A DNA stretch of 64,000 nt from an uncultured Chloroflexia bacterium (GCA_963746075.1 CAVUZY010000004.1:663848-727847), one strand, 5' to 3'. Positions 18,032-28,510 are shown, counted from the stretch's first letter. Numbers and translations are program-made. The notes: generated by a model from the sequence alone, not told the origin.

Positions 18032-19442
18032 ATGAAACGGACGATGGCTGTGATCCTCGCCGGCGGTGAAGGCGAGCGCCTGTCCATCCTGTCCGGGGTC
18101 CGCGCCAAGCCGGCGGTCCCGTTCGGCGGCAAGTACCGGATCATCGACTTCACGCTCTCGAACTGCGTGAACTCCGACGTCTCGAACGTCGTCGTGCTGA
18201 CCCAGTACAACCCCCGCTCGCTCAACGACCACATCGGGCTCGGCCGGCCGTGGGACCTCGACCGGAACAACGGCGGCGTGAAGCTGCTCCAGCCGTACAT
18301 CGCCCGCGGTCGCGTGGCGGAGTGGTACCGCGGGACGGCCGACGCGGTCCTCCAGAACTTCAACGTGATCGAGCACGACGCGGGCGACGTCATCCTCGTC
18401 CTCGCCGGCGACCACATCTACAAGATGGACTACCAGCCGTTCATCGCCGCCCACAAGCGCAAGCGCGCCGACGTGACGATCGCTGTCCGCCAGGTGCCAC
18501 TGGCCGAGGCGTCGCGGATGGGCATCCTCGCCCTCGACGAGATCGGATCGCGTCGTGGAGTGGCAGGAGAAGCCCAAGCATCCCAAGAGCGACCTCGCCT
18601 CGATGGGCGTCTACGTCTTCTCGAAGCGCGCCCTCCGGAAGTGGCTGAGCGAGGACCGGATCGATTTCGGCCGGGACGTCATCCCGGCGATGCTCGACGG
18701 CGGCGCCCGCGTGTTCGGCTACCACTTCGACGGCTACTGGCAGGATGTCGGCACGATCCAGTCCTACTGGGAGGCGAACCTCGCCCTCCTCGAGGATCAC
18801 GCCGCGCTCGACCTGTACGACCGCGACTGGCTGATCCACACCCGGTCCGAGGAGCGGGCGCCGGCCCAGGTCGGCCCGACCGCCCAGGTTCACCGCAGCC
18901 TGATCAGCCACGGCTGCGTGATCAACGGGACCGTCGTGAACTCGGTGCTGTCGCCGGGGGTGCGGGTCGATGTCGGCGCCGTCGTTCGCGACTCGATCGT
19001 CATGTTCGACTCGGTGATCCGCTCGGGCGCGGTCGTCGATCGCGCGATCCTCGACAAGGAGGTCGTCGTCGGGCCGGGCGCCATCGTCGGCGACGGGCCC
19101 GATTTCGACACGCCGAACAAGCAGGAGCCGGGCCGCCTGAACACGGGCATCACCGTCGTCGGCAAGCGGGCGATCATCCCTCGCGGCGTCCGGATCGGGC
19201 GCAACGTGAAGGTCGCCGGCGACACCAAGGCGACGGACTTCCCGAGCCGGAACGTGAAGAGCGGTGCCTCGATCGAATCGGCCCGGCCGAAGACAGCCGC
19301 CGCGCGGCTCGCCGCCGCGCAGCGGGCCGCCGAGCAGCGGATCGCCGTCCGGTTGGAGCCGTCGTCCAACGGCCAGCACGAGGTCGTGGCGGCGGTCACG
19401 AGCGCCCGAACCGTCGCCGGCCGAGCCGCCAAGGAGCGCTGA
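18032..19442 (+). CDS. glgC: glucose-1-phosphate adenylyltransferase; frameshift near 18541; unusual ~60-aa C-terminal extension
   Basis: [44 protein letters not shown]..., then after the shift ...[27 protein letters not shown]...[17 protein letters not shown] (ORF 18555..19442). Confidence 0.85.
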
Positions 19443-19506
19443 GCCCGCTCGCTCGGCCGATCACGAGCGACGGCCCGGATCGGGCGCTGACGGTAGACTC
19501 CCCGCC

Positions 19507-20100
19507 ATGTCTCCTTCGCAGCCGGGCACCCTCGAGGCCCGGCTTCGCGCCGACGTCGAGCGCTGGCTCGACGAGCTGGGCCTGGTGCCCCTCGCGCGGG
19601 CCGATCGCGACGGCGTCACGTCCTGGGACCTCCGGCTCGACGGCCGGCGGCGCTTCGACCTGCCCGTCACCCTGATCCTCGACCCGTCGCTGGCCCTGAT
19701 CTGCTGGGTCCACTTCGCGCCGCCGATCGGCGACGCCTTCCGCAAGTCGTATCGCAAGCTGCTGCGCTGGAACGACGAGTTTCCGTTCGTGAAGTTCTCG
19801 CTGGCCGAGGACGACCGGCCGGTCCTCGCCACCGAGCTGCCGCTCCGGACCCTCGACCGCGACGAGCTCGGGCTGGCGATCGCCCGCTCGCTGCTCATCG
19901 CCGACCAGCTCCTCGAGGAGTCGGCCGGCTGGCTGTGGATCGGCGGCCGGATCCCCGATCAAGCCGGGCGCGTGAGCCGCCAGGGCGACCTGATCGCCCG
20001 TTACGCCGACCGCCTGACCGAGCTCGTGGCGGGGGCTGGCGAGGGCGCGCCCGGCGAGCCCGACGAGGCCGCGGCGGCAGTCGCCGGGACGTCCTCGTGA
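19507..20100 (+). CDS. YbjN-like domain protein (putative sensory-transduction or chaperone-like)
   Basis: [73 protein letters not shown]. The stop overlaps the GTG start of the next gene (GTGA). Confidence 0.45.
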   Translation: MSPSQPGTLEARLRADVERWLDELGLVPLARADRDGVTSWDLRLDGRRRFDLPVTLILDPSLALICWVHFAPPIGDAFRKSYRKLLRWNDEFPFVKFSLAEDDRPVLATELPLRTLDRDELGLAIARSLLIADQLLEESAGWLWIGGRIPDQAGRVSRQGDLIARYADRLTELVAGAGEGAPGEPDEAAAAVAGTSS

Positions 20101-22205
20101 TCGCCTCGAGCGCCCGGTCAGGCCACCGTCCGACCGCGCGTCGGGTCATCGTCCTCGGGCTCGCCCTGCTGGCCGCCCTCGTCGCGACGCCGGGCCTGGC
20201 GCTCATTCCGGCCGATGCCCCGCTTGTCGGCCCGCTCGGCGCGCCGCCGGCCGCCGCTGCCACGACCGGCCTGACGATGACCGCCGACGCCCGCTACGTC
20301 GTCGACCCCGCGAAGCGGCGGGTCCACGTCGCGGTCGCCCTCGCCGCAACCAACCATCGGAAGGACACGAAGACCCGCCGCTATTTCTTCGATCGCGTGT
20401 TCCTGGCCGTCCAGCCGGGCACGACCGCGTTCAAGATCGCCAGCGCCGGCACCAACCCGACCGTCCGTGTCGAGCGCAAGGCGAAGACCTACACGCTGCT
20501 CCGGATCGACTTCGGCAAGCAGCTCGGGGCCGGCGGGACGCGCCGCTTCAAGCTCGCCTTCGACATCGCCGATCCGGGTGGCGCGGCGACCCGGACGACC
20601 CGGATCGGGACCACGCTCGCGTCGTTCGCCGCCTGGGGCTTCGGGACGAGCGGAACGCCCGGCGGCACGGTCACGGTCGTGTTCCCGAAGGGCTTCTCGG
20701 TCGACGTCGACGCGCCGGAGCTCGGCAAGCCCACGACCGACGCCGCCGGCAACGTGACCTTCGCGACCGGCCGGCTGGCCACGCCCCTCGAGTTCTTCGC
20801 CTACTTCGTCGCCGACCGGCCCGGGGCGTACAAGGAGACGACCCTCCAGGTCGCGATCGGCGCCCGGACGATCCCGATCGTGCTGCGGGCCTGGCCCGAC
20901 GACCCGGCCTGGGCGAAGCGGGTCGGCAGCCTCCTCAAGCGCGGCCTGCCGGCGCTCGCCAAGGACATCGGGCTGCCGTGGACGGTCGAGGAGCCGCTCG
21001 TCGTGTCGGAGGCCCTGAGCCGCAGCACGACGGGATTCTCGGGCCGCTACAACCCGCCCGCCGGCCAGATCGAGATCGCGTACTACGCGACGTCGTTCGT
21101 GATCCTCCACGAGGCGGCCCACGCCTGGTTCGACGGCGCGTTGCTCGCCGACCGCTGGGCGAGCGAGGGGTTCGCCTCGTACTACGCGCTGCGAGCCGCG
21201 ACGGCCATCGGCGAGAAGAACGTCAGGGGAGACGTCCTGACGCCGGCTCTCGAGAAGGCGCGCATCCCGCTCAACGCCTGGGCGGCACCGGGCGAGGACC
21301 CGGCCGCGGTCGAGAACGCCGAATACGCGGCGGCCCTCGCGCTCGCGACCGAGATCGGCAAGCGGGCGGGCGCCGACGGGCTCGCCCCGGTCTGGCAGGC
21401 GATCCACGAGCGCCGGGCCGCCTACCAGCCGAGCGGGTCGCGGGCGAGCCTCGAGACGAGCGAGGCACCGCCCGATTGGCGCGGCTTCCTCGACCTGCTC
21501 GAGGAGCGGACCGGCGGCACGTTCGACGACCTCTGGACGAAGTGGGTCGTCCGACCCGGCGATGCCGCGCTGCTCGCCGACCGGGCCGCGATCCGCGGCC
21601 GCTACGAAGCGCTGACGCAACGCGCGGACCCCTGGCTTCTGCCGCGCGTGGTGCGCGACTCGCTTCGCGCCTGGCAGTACGACCAGACGACCGAGCTGCT
21701 CGACAGCGCGACCCTGGCGCTCGACGATCGCGACGCCGTCCTCGACGCGGCCGCCGGCGCCGGATTGACGCCGCCGTCGACGATGCAGACCGCGTTCGAG
21801 GGCCCGCGCGGGTTCGCGGCCGCGTCGGCCGAGGCCGAGGCCCAGCTGGCCGCGATCGGGGCGTATCGGTCGGCCGCGGCGACGCAATCGGACGAGTCCG
21901 ATCCGATCGCGAAGATCGGCCTCTGGAACAGCGACCCGAACGGAGCGATGGGCCGGGCGGCCGCAGCCTTCCAGGCCGGCGAGCTCGAGGCGAGCGTCAC
22001 CTCGTCCGCCTACGCCCGGACGATCTGGACGTCGGCGGCGGAGATCGGCCGCAACCGGCTGCTCGCGATCGGCGGCCTGCTGACGGCCCTCCTCCTGGCG
22101 GCGTGGCTGCTGTTCCGGGCGGTCCGCGATCGGAAGGTGCGGCGTCGCCGCCGGCTGGTCATGGCCCATCGCAGCCGGACCGGCCCACGCGTCGGTCAGG
22201 GCTGA
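20097..22205 (+). CDS. membrane-anchored gluzincin-like protein (HEAAH...E), paralog 1: signal peptide, ~640-aa ectodomain, one C-terminal TM helix, short basic cytoplasmic tail
   Basis: Signal VIVLGLALLAALVATPGLA. Motif FVILHEAAHAWFDGALLADRWASEGFASYY. C-terminal TM LLAIGGLLTALLLAAWLLF, then RAVRDRKVRRRRR. It has a paralog immediately downstream. Confidence 0.6.
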   Translation: MIASSARSGHRPTARRVIVLGLALLAALVATPGLALIPADAPLVGPLGAPPAAAATTGLTMTADARYVVDPAKRRVHVAVALAATNHRKDTKTRRYFFDRVFLAVQPGTTAFKIASAGTNPTVRVERKAKTYTLLRIDFGKQLGAGGTRRFKLAFDIADPGGAATRTTRIGTTLASFAAWGFGTSGTPGGTVTVVFPKGFSVDVDAPELGKPTTDAAGNVTFATGRLATPLEFFAYFVADRPGAYKETTLQVAIGARTIPIVLRAWPDDPAWAKRVGSLLKRGLPALAKDIGLPWTVEEPLVVSEALSRSTTGFSGRYNPPAGQIEIAYYATSFVILHEAAHAWFDGALLADRWASEGFASYYALRAATAIGEKNVRGDVLTPALEKARIPLNAWAAPGEDPAAVENAEYAAALALATEIGKRAGADGLAPVWQAIHERRAAYQPSGSRASLETSEAPPDWRGFLDLLEERTGGTFDDLWTKWVVRPGDAALLADRAAIRGRYEALTQRADPWLLPRVVRDSLRAWQYDQTTELLDSATLALDDRDAVLDAAAGAGLTPPSTMQTAFEGPRGFAAASAEAEAQLAAIGAYRSAAATQSDESDPIAKIGLWNSDPNGAMGRAAAAFQAGELEASVTSSAYARTIWTSAAEIGRNRLLAIGGLLTALLLAAWLLFRAVRDRKVRRRRRLVMAHRSRTGPRVGQG

Positions 22206-22210
22206 CCCGG

Positions 22211-24667
22211 ATGGGGGGCGGGACGAGCCGAGCCAGCGTGACGGGCCGAGCCGGCAGCACCGGCCGAGCCGGCGGGACGGACCGGTCCGCTGGCCACGGA
22301 GTCGGGCAGCGCCGGCTGCTCCTCGCCCTCGCGGCGACCGTCCTTGCCCTCACCGGGACCCTCGCCCCGGCCCGGGCGCCGATCGCCCGGGCCGCGACCG
22401 ACGGGCTCACGCTCAGCACCGCGGTGACCTACACGCTCGTCCCGGCGCGTCACGTCGTTCGCGTTCGCCTCGACATCACGGCCCGCAACAACAAGCCGAA
22501 CGTGACCGCCGGCGGGATCGTCACGAGGTACTTCTACGAAGGCGCCCGGTTCGCGATCCAGAGCGAGGCCAGCGCGGTCCAGGCGACAAGCGACGGCGTC
22601 GCGCTGACCACCACGACGAAGGCCGACGACGGCTTCCGGATCCTCGAGATCCGGTTCCGGAGCGCCCTCTTCTTCCATCAGACGGCCCGGGTCCGGGTGA
22701 CGTTCGACCTGCCCGGCGGCGCGCCGCGTTCGGCCAGCGACATCCGGGTCGGGACCGCGTTCGCGACCTTCGTCGCGTGGGCGTTCGGTGACACCGCCAG
22801 CGTCCGGATCGTCGTCCCGGCCGGCTTCGAGGCCGAGGCGACCGGCTCGACGGTCGCGAAGTCGACGAGCAACGGCGCGACGATCTTCCGCGCGACCCGG
22901 ATCACCGACGTCGGCGCCTGGTACCTCGTGGTCAACGCCGATCGCAAGAGCGCCCTGACCAGCGAGCGGATCGACCTGAGCGGCGGCGAGCACGTCGTGA
23001 TCCGCGGCTGGCCCGAGGACGACGAGTGGCGCAAGCAGGTCCGCGAGCTGATGACGAAGGGTCTGCCCGAGCTGGTCGAGGCAACCGGGCTCGACTGGCC
23101 GGTCGCCGCCGACCTGTCGGTGTTCGAGGTCCACACGCCGCTTCTCGAGGGCTACGCCGGGGTCTTCTTCGTCGGCCAGGACCGGATCGAGATCAGCGAG
23201 GACCTCGACGACCTCACGATCCTCCACGAGGCATCCCACGCCTGGTTCAACCGGGCGTTGTTCGATGGCCGCTGGATCAACGAGGGATTCGCCGACACGT
23301 ATGCCGCCAAGGTGCTGACCGGCATCGCCACCGGGAGCTGGACCCCGAAGCCGGTGAGCCCGACCGACAAGGCCGCGGTCCGCCTGGTCGACTGGGTCCA
23401 TCCGGGCCGGATCACCGACGACGCGACCCGCGCCCGCGAGCGCTATGGCTACGACGCGTCGTGGACGGTCATCCGCTCGCTCGTGCTCGAGGTCGGCGAC
23501 GACCGGATGCGGGACGTCTTCGACGCGGCCCAGGATCGCCGGATCGCGTACGTCGGCGGCGGCACGCCGGAGACGGTGACGGACCGGAACGACTGGAAGC
23601 GGTTCCTCGATCTCCTCGAGGAGGTCGGCGGGTCGACGTCCGCGGACGAGGCCTTCCGCCGCTGGGTCGTGACCGACGCCCAGACCGAGCTGCTCGACGC
23701 GCGGGCGGCCGCGCGCTCGGCGTACGGGGCGCTGGTCACCGCCGGCGCGGGCTGGCAGGCGCCGTTCTTCGTGCGGCGCGCGATGAGCGACTGGAGCTTC
23801 GTCGCCGCCACGAACCGGATCGCCGAGGCGACGGCGCTCCTTGCCCGGCGCGACGCGATCGCCGCTTCGGCCGCCGCGCTCGGCGTCGCGATCCCGGACA
23901 CGCTCCGGACGGCGTACGAGGCGGCCCGCGACAGCTTCGCCGACGCGAACCAGGCCGCGGACGCCCAGGAGGCCGCGATCCGGGCCCTGACCACCGCCGT
24001 CGCGGCGGTCGCCGCCGAGCGGGCCCCGCTGGTCACGCTCGGGCTGGCCGGGACGACCCCGGAGCTGGATCTCGCGGCGGCGCGCGACGCGCTCAGTGCC
24101 GGCCGGCCCGACGCGGAGGTTCGGGCGGCGGCCGTCACGGCCCTGATCGACGGGGCGGTCGAGGTGGGACGGGACCGGATGACGGCCGCGATCGTCGGCC
24201 TGGTCGGCGTCGCCGTGCTCTTGCTGGTGGCGATCCTCCTGCTCCGGCGCAGGCGCCGCCGGCGACGAGCGCTGGAGGCGGCGACGGCGATGTTCGGCTC
24301 GGGCGGGGTACGAGCGCGCGATCAGGCTCACCCGATCGCCGAGCCGCCCCAGGTCGCCGTCGCTGCGGCCGACGACGCCGACCCTGCCGCCGGCGACGCC
24401 GTCGCTGCCGCCGGCGACGCTGCGGCGGACGCTCCCGCCGGCGACGCTGCGGCGGACGCTCCCGGGGACCCGGCCGCGGCTCCGCCGTACGCTACACTCG
24501 CCGACCAGTCGAGTCGCCCACTCGACGGCGACCCGGTCCTCGACGACGGCGAGCCGCCCACCGATCCCGGCGACGCGACGACCGACACCGCCGAGGCCAA
24601 CGCCGACGCCACCGAGACCACGGACGGGACCGAGCCGGCACCCGCCGACAGGGGAGACGCATCGTGA
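22211..24667 (+). CDS. membrane-anchored gluzincin-like protein (HEASH...E), paralog 2, with a long acidic Asp/Ala/Pro-rich cytoplasmic tail
   Basis: Signal RRLLLALAATVLALTGTLAPARA. Motif LTILHEASHAWFNRALFDGRWINEGFADTY. TM AAIVGLVGVAVLLLVAILLL plus RRRRRRRR, then a ~130-aa D/A/P/T-rich tail. Domain order is collinear with paralog 1. Confidence 0.6.
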   Translation: MGGGTSRASVTGRAGSTGRAGGTDRSAGHGVGQRRLLLALAATVLALTGTLAPARAPIARAATDGLTLSTAVTYTLVPARHVVRVRLDITARNNKPNVTAGGIVTRYFYEGARFAIQSEASAVQATSDGVALTTTTKADDGFRILEIRFRSALFFHQTARVRVTFDLPGGAPRSASDIRVGTAFATFVAWAFGDTASVRIVVPAGFEAEATGSTVAKSTSNGATIFRATRITDVGAWYLVVNADRKSALTSERIDLSGGEHVVIRGWPEDDEWRKQVRELMTKGLPELVEATGLDWPVAADLSVFEVHTPLLEGYAGVFFVGQDRIEISEDLDDLTILHEASHAWFNRALFDGRWINEGFADTYAAKVLTGIATGSWTPKPVSPTDKAAVRLVDWVHPGRITDDATRARERYGYDASWTVIRSLVLEVGDDRMRDVFDAAQDRRIAYVGGGTPETVTDRNDWKRFLDLLEEVGGSTSADEAFRRWVVTDAQTELLDARAAARSAYGALVTAGAGWQAPFFVRRAMSDWSFVAATNRIAEATALLARRDAIAASAAALGVAIPDTLRTAYEAARDSFADANQAADAQEAAIRALTTAVAAVAAERAPLVTLGLAGTTPELDLAAARDALSAGRPDAEVRAAAVTALIDGAVEVGRDRMTAAIVGLVGVAVLLLVAILLLRRRRRRRRALEAATAMFGSGGVRARDQAHPIAEPPQVAVAAADDADPAAGDAVAAAGDAAADAPAGDAAADAPGDPAAAPPYATLADQSSRPLDGDPVLDDGEPPTDPGDATTDTAEANADATETTDGTEPAPADRGDAS

Positions 24668-24680
24668 GCGAGCAGCGCTG

Positions 24681-25715
24681 ATGGGCCTCGTCCGCACTCG
24701 ACCCTCGCGCGAGATCCTGTCCGGCGACTCGGCCGACGTCTACTTCGCCCGCGCCGAGAGCGTCCTCGAGCGCGAGGGCCTCGACCCGATCGTCACGATG
24801 GAGGTCTTCGCCCGCCAGGACGCCGTCCTGTGCGGGATCGACGAAGCGAAGAATCTGATCGGCCACGCCCTGTCCGGCGCCGACCTTGACGAGACCCGCG
24901 TCGAGGCGCTGTCGGATGGCGACCGGATCGCGCCCAAGGAGGTCGTCCTCCGGATCCACGCCCGGTACCGCCAGTTCGGGCTGTACGAGACCGCGATCCT
25001 CGGGATGATGTCGCAGTCGACCGGCTGGGCGACCGCCGCCCGCGAGTGCGTCGACGTGGCGGCCCCGGAGCCGGTCGTGTCGTTCGGGGCGCGTCATGTC
25101 CACCCCGACATCACCGACGTCCTGGACTACGCGGCGATCGTCGGCGGCTGCGTCGGCGCGTCGACGCCGGCCGGGGCACGGCTGGCCGGCCTCAACCCGA
25201 CGGGAACGATGCCCCACTCGCTGGTCCTGATCTTCGGCGACACGGTCGAGGCGGCCGTGGCCTTCGACCGCAACCTCGACGCCGACGTCCCCCGAATCGT
25301 CCTCGTCGACACGTTCAAGGACGAGGCCGAGGAGGCGCTTCGCGTCGCCCACGCGCTTGGCGACCGGCTGTACGGGATCCGCCTCGACACGCCCTCGGAG
25401 CGGGGCCGCGTCACGGCCGATCTCGTCAAGGAGGTCCGCGCCCGGCTCGACCAGGAGGGCTACGGCCACGTCAAGATCGTCGTCTCCGGCGGGATGACCC
25501 CCGAGCGGATCACCTACTTCAAGGAGCAGGGCGCCCAGGTCGACTCGTTCGCGGTCGGCTCCTACATCAGCGGCGCGACGCCGATCGACTTCACCGGCGA
25601 CATCAAGGAAATCGACGGCAAGCCGATCGCCAAGCGCGGCCGGATCCCCGGCACGACGCCGTCGCCGCGACTCCAGCCGATCGACCTCGCCAGCTGGCGC
25701 GACGGCGGCGGCTGA
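24681..25715 (+). CDS. nicotinate phosphoribosyltransferase family protein (NAPRTase-like)
   Basis: Type II PRTase family; 344 aa with the NAPRTase fold suggested by ...GIRLDTPSERGRVTADLV...VKIVVSGGMTPERI. Confidence 0.7.
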   Translation: MGLVRTRPSREILSGDSADVYFARAESVLEREGLDPIVTMEVFARQDAVLCGIDEAKNLIGHALSGADLDETRVEALSDGDRIAPKEVVLRIHARYRQFGLYETAILGMMSQSTGWATAARECVDVAAPEPVVSFGARHVHPDITDVLDYAAIVGGCVGASTPAGARLAGLNPTGTMPHSLVLIFGDTVEAAVAFDRNLDADVPRIVLVDTFKDEAEEALRVAHALGDRLYGIRLDTPSERGRVTADLVKEVRARLDQEGYGHVKIVVSGGMTPERITYFKEQGAQVDSFAVGSYISGATPIDFTGDIKEIDGKPIAKRGRIPGTTPSPRLQPIDLASWRDGGG

Positions 25716-25812
25716 GGCTCCGCTCTCTCGACCGCGCGTCGCCGCGCGTGGCCGGTGCGGCGTCTCGACTGCCGACGCTGACGTCCGGCGCTGCCCGTGC
25801 CACCATTCGGGC

Positions 25813-26301
25813 GTGAGCGAGCAGGATCACGGTGCCGCGGAGCCCGCCCCAGACGACGGCCCGGACGACGCCGACCGCGAATCGGCGTACGAGCTGCTCC
25901 AGCGCGGCCAGGACCTGCTGACCCAGCGCCACTTCGCCCAGGCCGCGGTCGTCCTCGAGCGGGCCGATCGGGAGGAGCCGGCCAAGGCATCGATCCTCGA
26001 GGCGCTCGGCCGGGCGTACTACAACTCCGGCCAGCACGAGCGCTCGCGGGCGACCTTCCAGCAGCTGCTCGAGATCGACCCGTCGGCCCACTACGCCCAC
26101 TTCGCCCTCGGCCAGAGCCTCAAGCAGCTCGGCCGGCGGGACGCGGCCCGGACCCACCTCCGCCTGGCCGTCGCCCTGAGCCCGAGCTCGAAGCTCTACG
26201 CCGGCGCCCTGGCCCGGCTCGGTCCGGCGGACGCGCGGGCAGGGCCGGCGGCGGACGACGCCGACGAGGATCGGCCGGACGCGTCCGCGACGGGCGATTA
26301 G
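25813..26301 (+). CDS. TPR-repeat protein
   Basis: Tandem TPR-like helices (AYELLQRGQDLLTQRHFAQAAVVLERA...LEALGRAYYNSGQHERSRATFQQLLEIDPSAHYAHFALGQSL). Confidence 0.6.
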   Translation: MSEQDHGAAEPAPDDGPDDADRESAYELLQRGQDLLTQRHFAQAAVVLERADREEPAKASILEALGRAYYNSGQHERSRATFQQLLEIDPSAHYAHFALGQSLKQLGRRDAARTHLRLAVALSPSSKLYAGALARLGPADARAGPAADDADEDRPDASATGD

Positions 26302-26314
26302 GCGAGCGTCGGCG

Positions 26315-27214
26315 TCAGGCGCCCGTCGACAGAGCGTAGTGAGGCCACTCGACCTCGGCCGTGAAACCCGTCGCCCGATAGAGCGCCAGCGCTCGATCGT
26401 TGGCTGCCTCGACGTTGAGCTCGATGACGCCGGCGCCGCCGTCCCGGTTGAAGGCGATCGCCCAGTGGAGCAGCTCCCGCCCGAGGCCCCGCCCGCGCCA
26501 GGCCGGCAGGACGCCGAGGAACGACACGAAACCGCGTCGCTCGTCGGTGCCCTCGCGCGCCTCGTGCTCGGCCTTCGCCCAGCCGATCGGCGTCTCCGGA
26601 TCGTCAGCCGCGAACACCAGGAGCGTTCCTGCCGGATCGAAGTCGGGCAGGCTGTTGGCGTGGCCGACACCGGCCTCCGTGAAGCGGAGTGGCGTCGGAT
26701 GGTCGACGAAGGACGCGTTGGCGACGGCGACGAACCGGGCGAGGTCGTCGTCGCGGTAGGTCCGGACCGTGACGGACTCGGGGAATCGCGGGGGCGCCAC
26801 CTCGACCTCGGGCGCGAGCTCGAACAGCCACAGGCTCGATCGACGGACGAAGCCGAGCGCCGCGATGAATGCGAGAGCGGCCGGCCGATCCGGGCCGTGG
26901 AGGACCAGGTCGGGCTCGCCCTGCTCCCGTTTGCGGTCCAGCCAGGCCGCGACGAGCCGCCGCCCGTGGCCGCGCCGGCGACGATCGGGGTGGATCGTCA
27001 GGTCGTCCATCCGCGGCGCACAGTAGCCGACGATCGCGCCATCCTCGGTCGCGACGAGCGTCCCGGCCGGGTTGCCGCGAATCCGGTCGACACCGTGGAG
27101 CAGGTCCTGGCGGGTGATCCCGGGCAGGCGATCGACCGGCAGCGCGGCGTCGATGACGGCGATGATCGCGGGCTCGTCGCCGGGCTCGAACTCGCGGACG
27201 GCGTCGAGGGTCAT
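26315..27214 (-). CDS. tandem-GNAT acetyltransferase, mycothiol synthase MshD-like
   Basis: Two GNAT acetyl-CoA motifs (RRRGHGRRLVAAW; WRGRGLGRELLHWA). The ~300-aa two-domain architecture is typical of MshD. Probable start MTLDAVREF at 27214. Confidence 0.6.
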   Translation of the reverse strand: MTLDAVREFEPGDEPAIIAVIDAALPVDRLPGITRQDLLHGVDRIRGNPAGTLVATEDGAIVGYCAPRMDDLTIHPDRRRRGHGRRLVAAWLDRKREQGEPDLVLHGPDRPAALAFIAALGFVRRSSLWLFELAPEVEVAPPRFPESVTVRTYRDDDLARFVAVANASFVDHPTPLRFTEAGVGHANSLPDFDPAGTLLVFAADDPETPIGWAKAEHEAREGTDERRGFVSFLGVLPAWRGRGLGRELLHWAIAFNRDGGAGVIELNVEAANDRALALYRATGFTAEVEWPHYALSTGA

Positions 27215-27227
27215 CCGAATGGCGACG

Positions 27228-28470
27228 TCATGGGGGTCCACCCGACGACCGGACGGGCCGCCCATCGGGCCCGAACCCGTGCTCCGCGGCAAAGCGTCGG
27301 ATCTGGCCGATCTCGTCGGCGTTGAAGATCCGGACCGGCACGAAGAACGTCTGCGGAGGGAGATCGAACCAGAGGAACCGGCCGGACTCGCGGATCCGGG
27401 CGAAGTCCTCCCAGCGATTCGTCGTGCTCGCCGACGCGGAACGGTAGTCGATGCCGGATGGTCGGATCGTGACCGTGACCTCGGGGAGCACCCGCGACCG
27501 GTACCGCCAGACGGCGAACAGGGTGAAGGGAACGAGCAGCAGGCCGCTCAGCATCGCGACCCCGATGACCAGGGCGGGCAGCCCTCCAAGGCTCGAGTCC
27601 GTGACGAGCGGAAGGATGCCGATCACCGTGAGGATGATGCCGAATGCCTGCGTGAACCGTGATCGCTGGGAGAGCAGGACCGTCGCCGTCACGATCTCGC
27701 GGACCGTTGTCTGGTAGGTCCGTTGGATCGCGATCGGGTCGTCCGCGTCGCGACCGGACGGCACCGCGTCCCGGCGTTCCTCCGCCGCCCCTGCGGCCAT
27801 GCCCCGCGATCGCGCGACCCAGAGGAGGCCGACGATCGACTTCGCGTCGGCGATCTCGCCGCCCTCGACGGCGGCGAGCGCGTCCGCGAGGGAGCGCCGC
27901 TCGAGTCGCAGGTGCTCGTCCTCGTCAGGCCCGAGCCGCTCGTCGGGATGGGCCGGCAGCAGGTCCGTCGCGAGGTAGAGCGTCATGTGCTCGCTCGTGA
28001 AGCCCGGGGCGGTGAAGAACGAGGTCAGGCGCTCCCAACGGCCCGCCCGGTAGCCGGTCTCCTCCTCGAGCTCGCGCCGGGCGGCCAGGTCGGGGTCCTC
28101 GATCGCTCCGGTGGCCGCGTCGACGTCGAGCGTGCCGGCCGGGATCTCGAGGAGGACTCTGGCGGCCGGCGTTCGCCATTGGCGAACGAGGAGGATCTGG
28201 CCGTCGGGATCGATCGCGACGACGGCGACCGCGCCGGGATGACCGGCGATGTCCCGCTCGGAGCGGGTGCCGTCGGCCCGCTCGATCGTGTCGACCCGGA
28301 ACTCGAGGTAGCGGCCGCGGTGGAGGACGCGCGAGTCGACGACGCGCTCGACGAGCTCGGCGTCGGCCGGGCCGGGATCGGTCGCCGCCGCGGCTGGCGG
28401 GTCCAGGTGGCGACCCGAAGCGACGTCGGGCGCGGTCGCCGGATCCGGCGCCGCGCCCGTGGCGGGGGTG
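27228..28470 (-). CDS. NUDIX hydrolase (ADP-ribose pyrophosphatase-like) continuous in one frame with a C-terminal YcxB-like membrane-hairpin domain; start codon unresolved
   Basis: NUDIX box GHPGAVAVVAIDPDGQILLVRQWRTPAARVLLEIPAGTLD...AARRELEEETGY. Then TM segments FGIILTVIGILPLV...LVIGVAMLSGLLLVPFTLFAVW and a ~90-aa tail. There is no in-frame ATG/GTG/TTG between the msiK stop and the NUDIX core. Confidence 0.5.
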
Positions 28471-28510
28471 GGGATCGGACCGGTCGAGCCGGTCCGATCG
28501 ATCGGATCCG

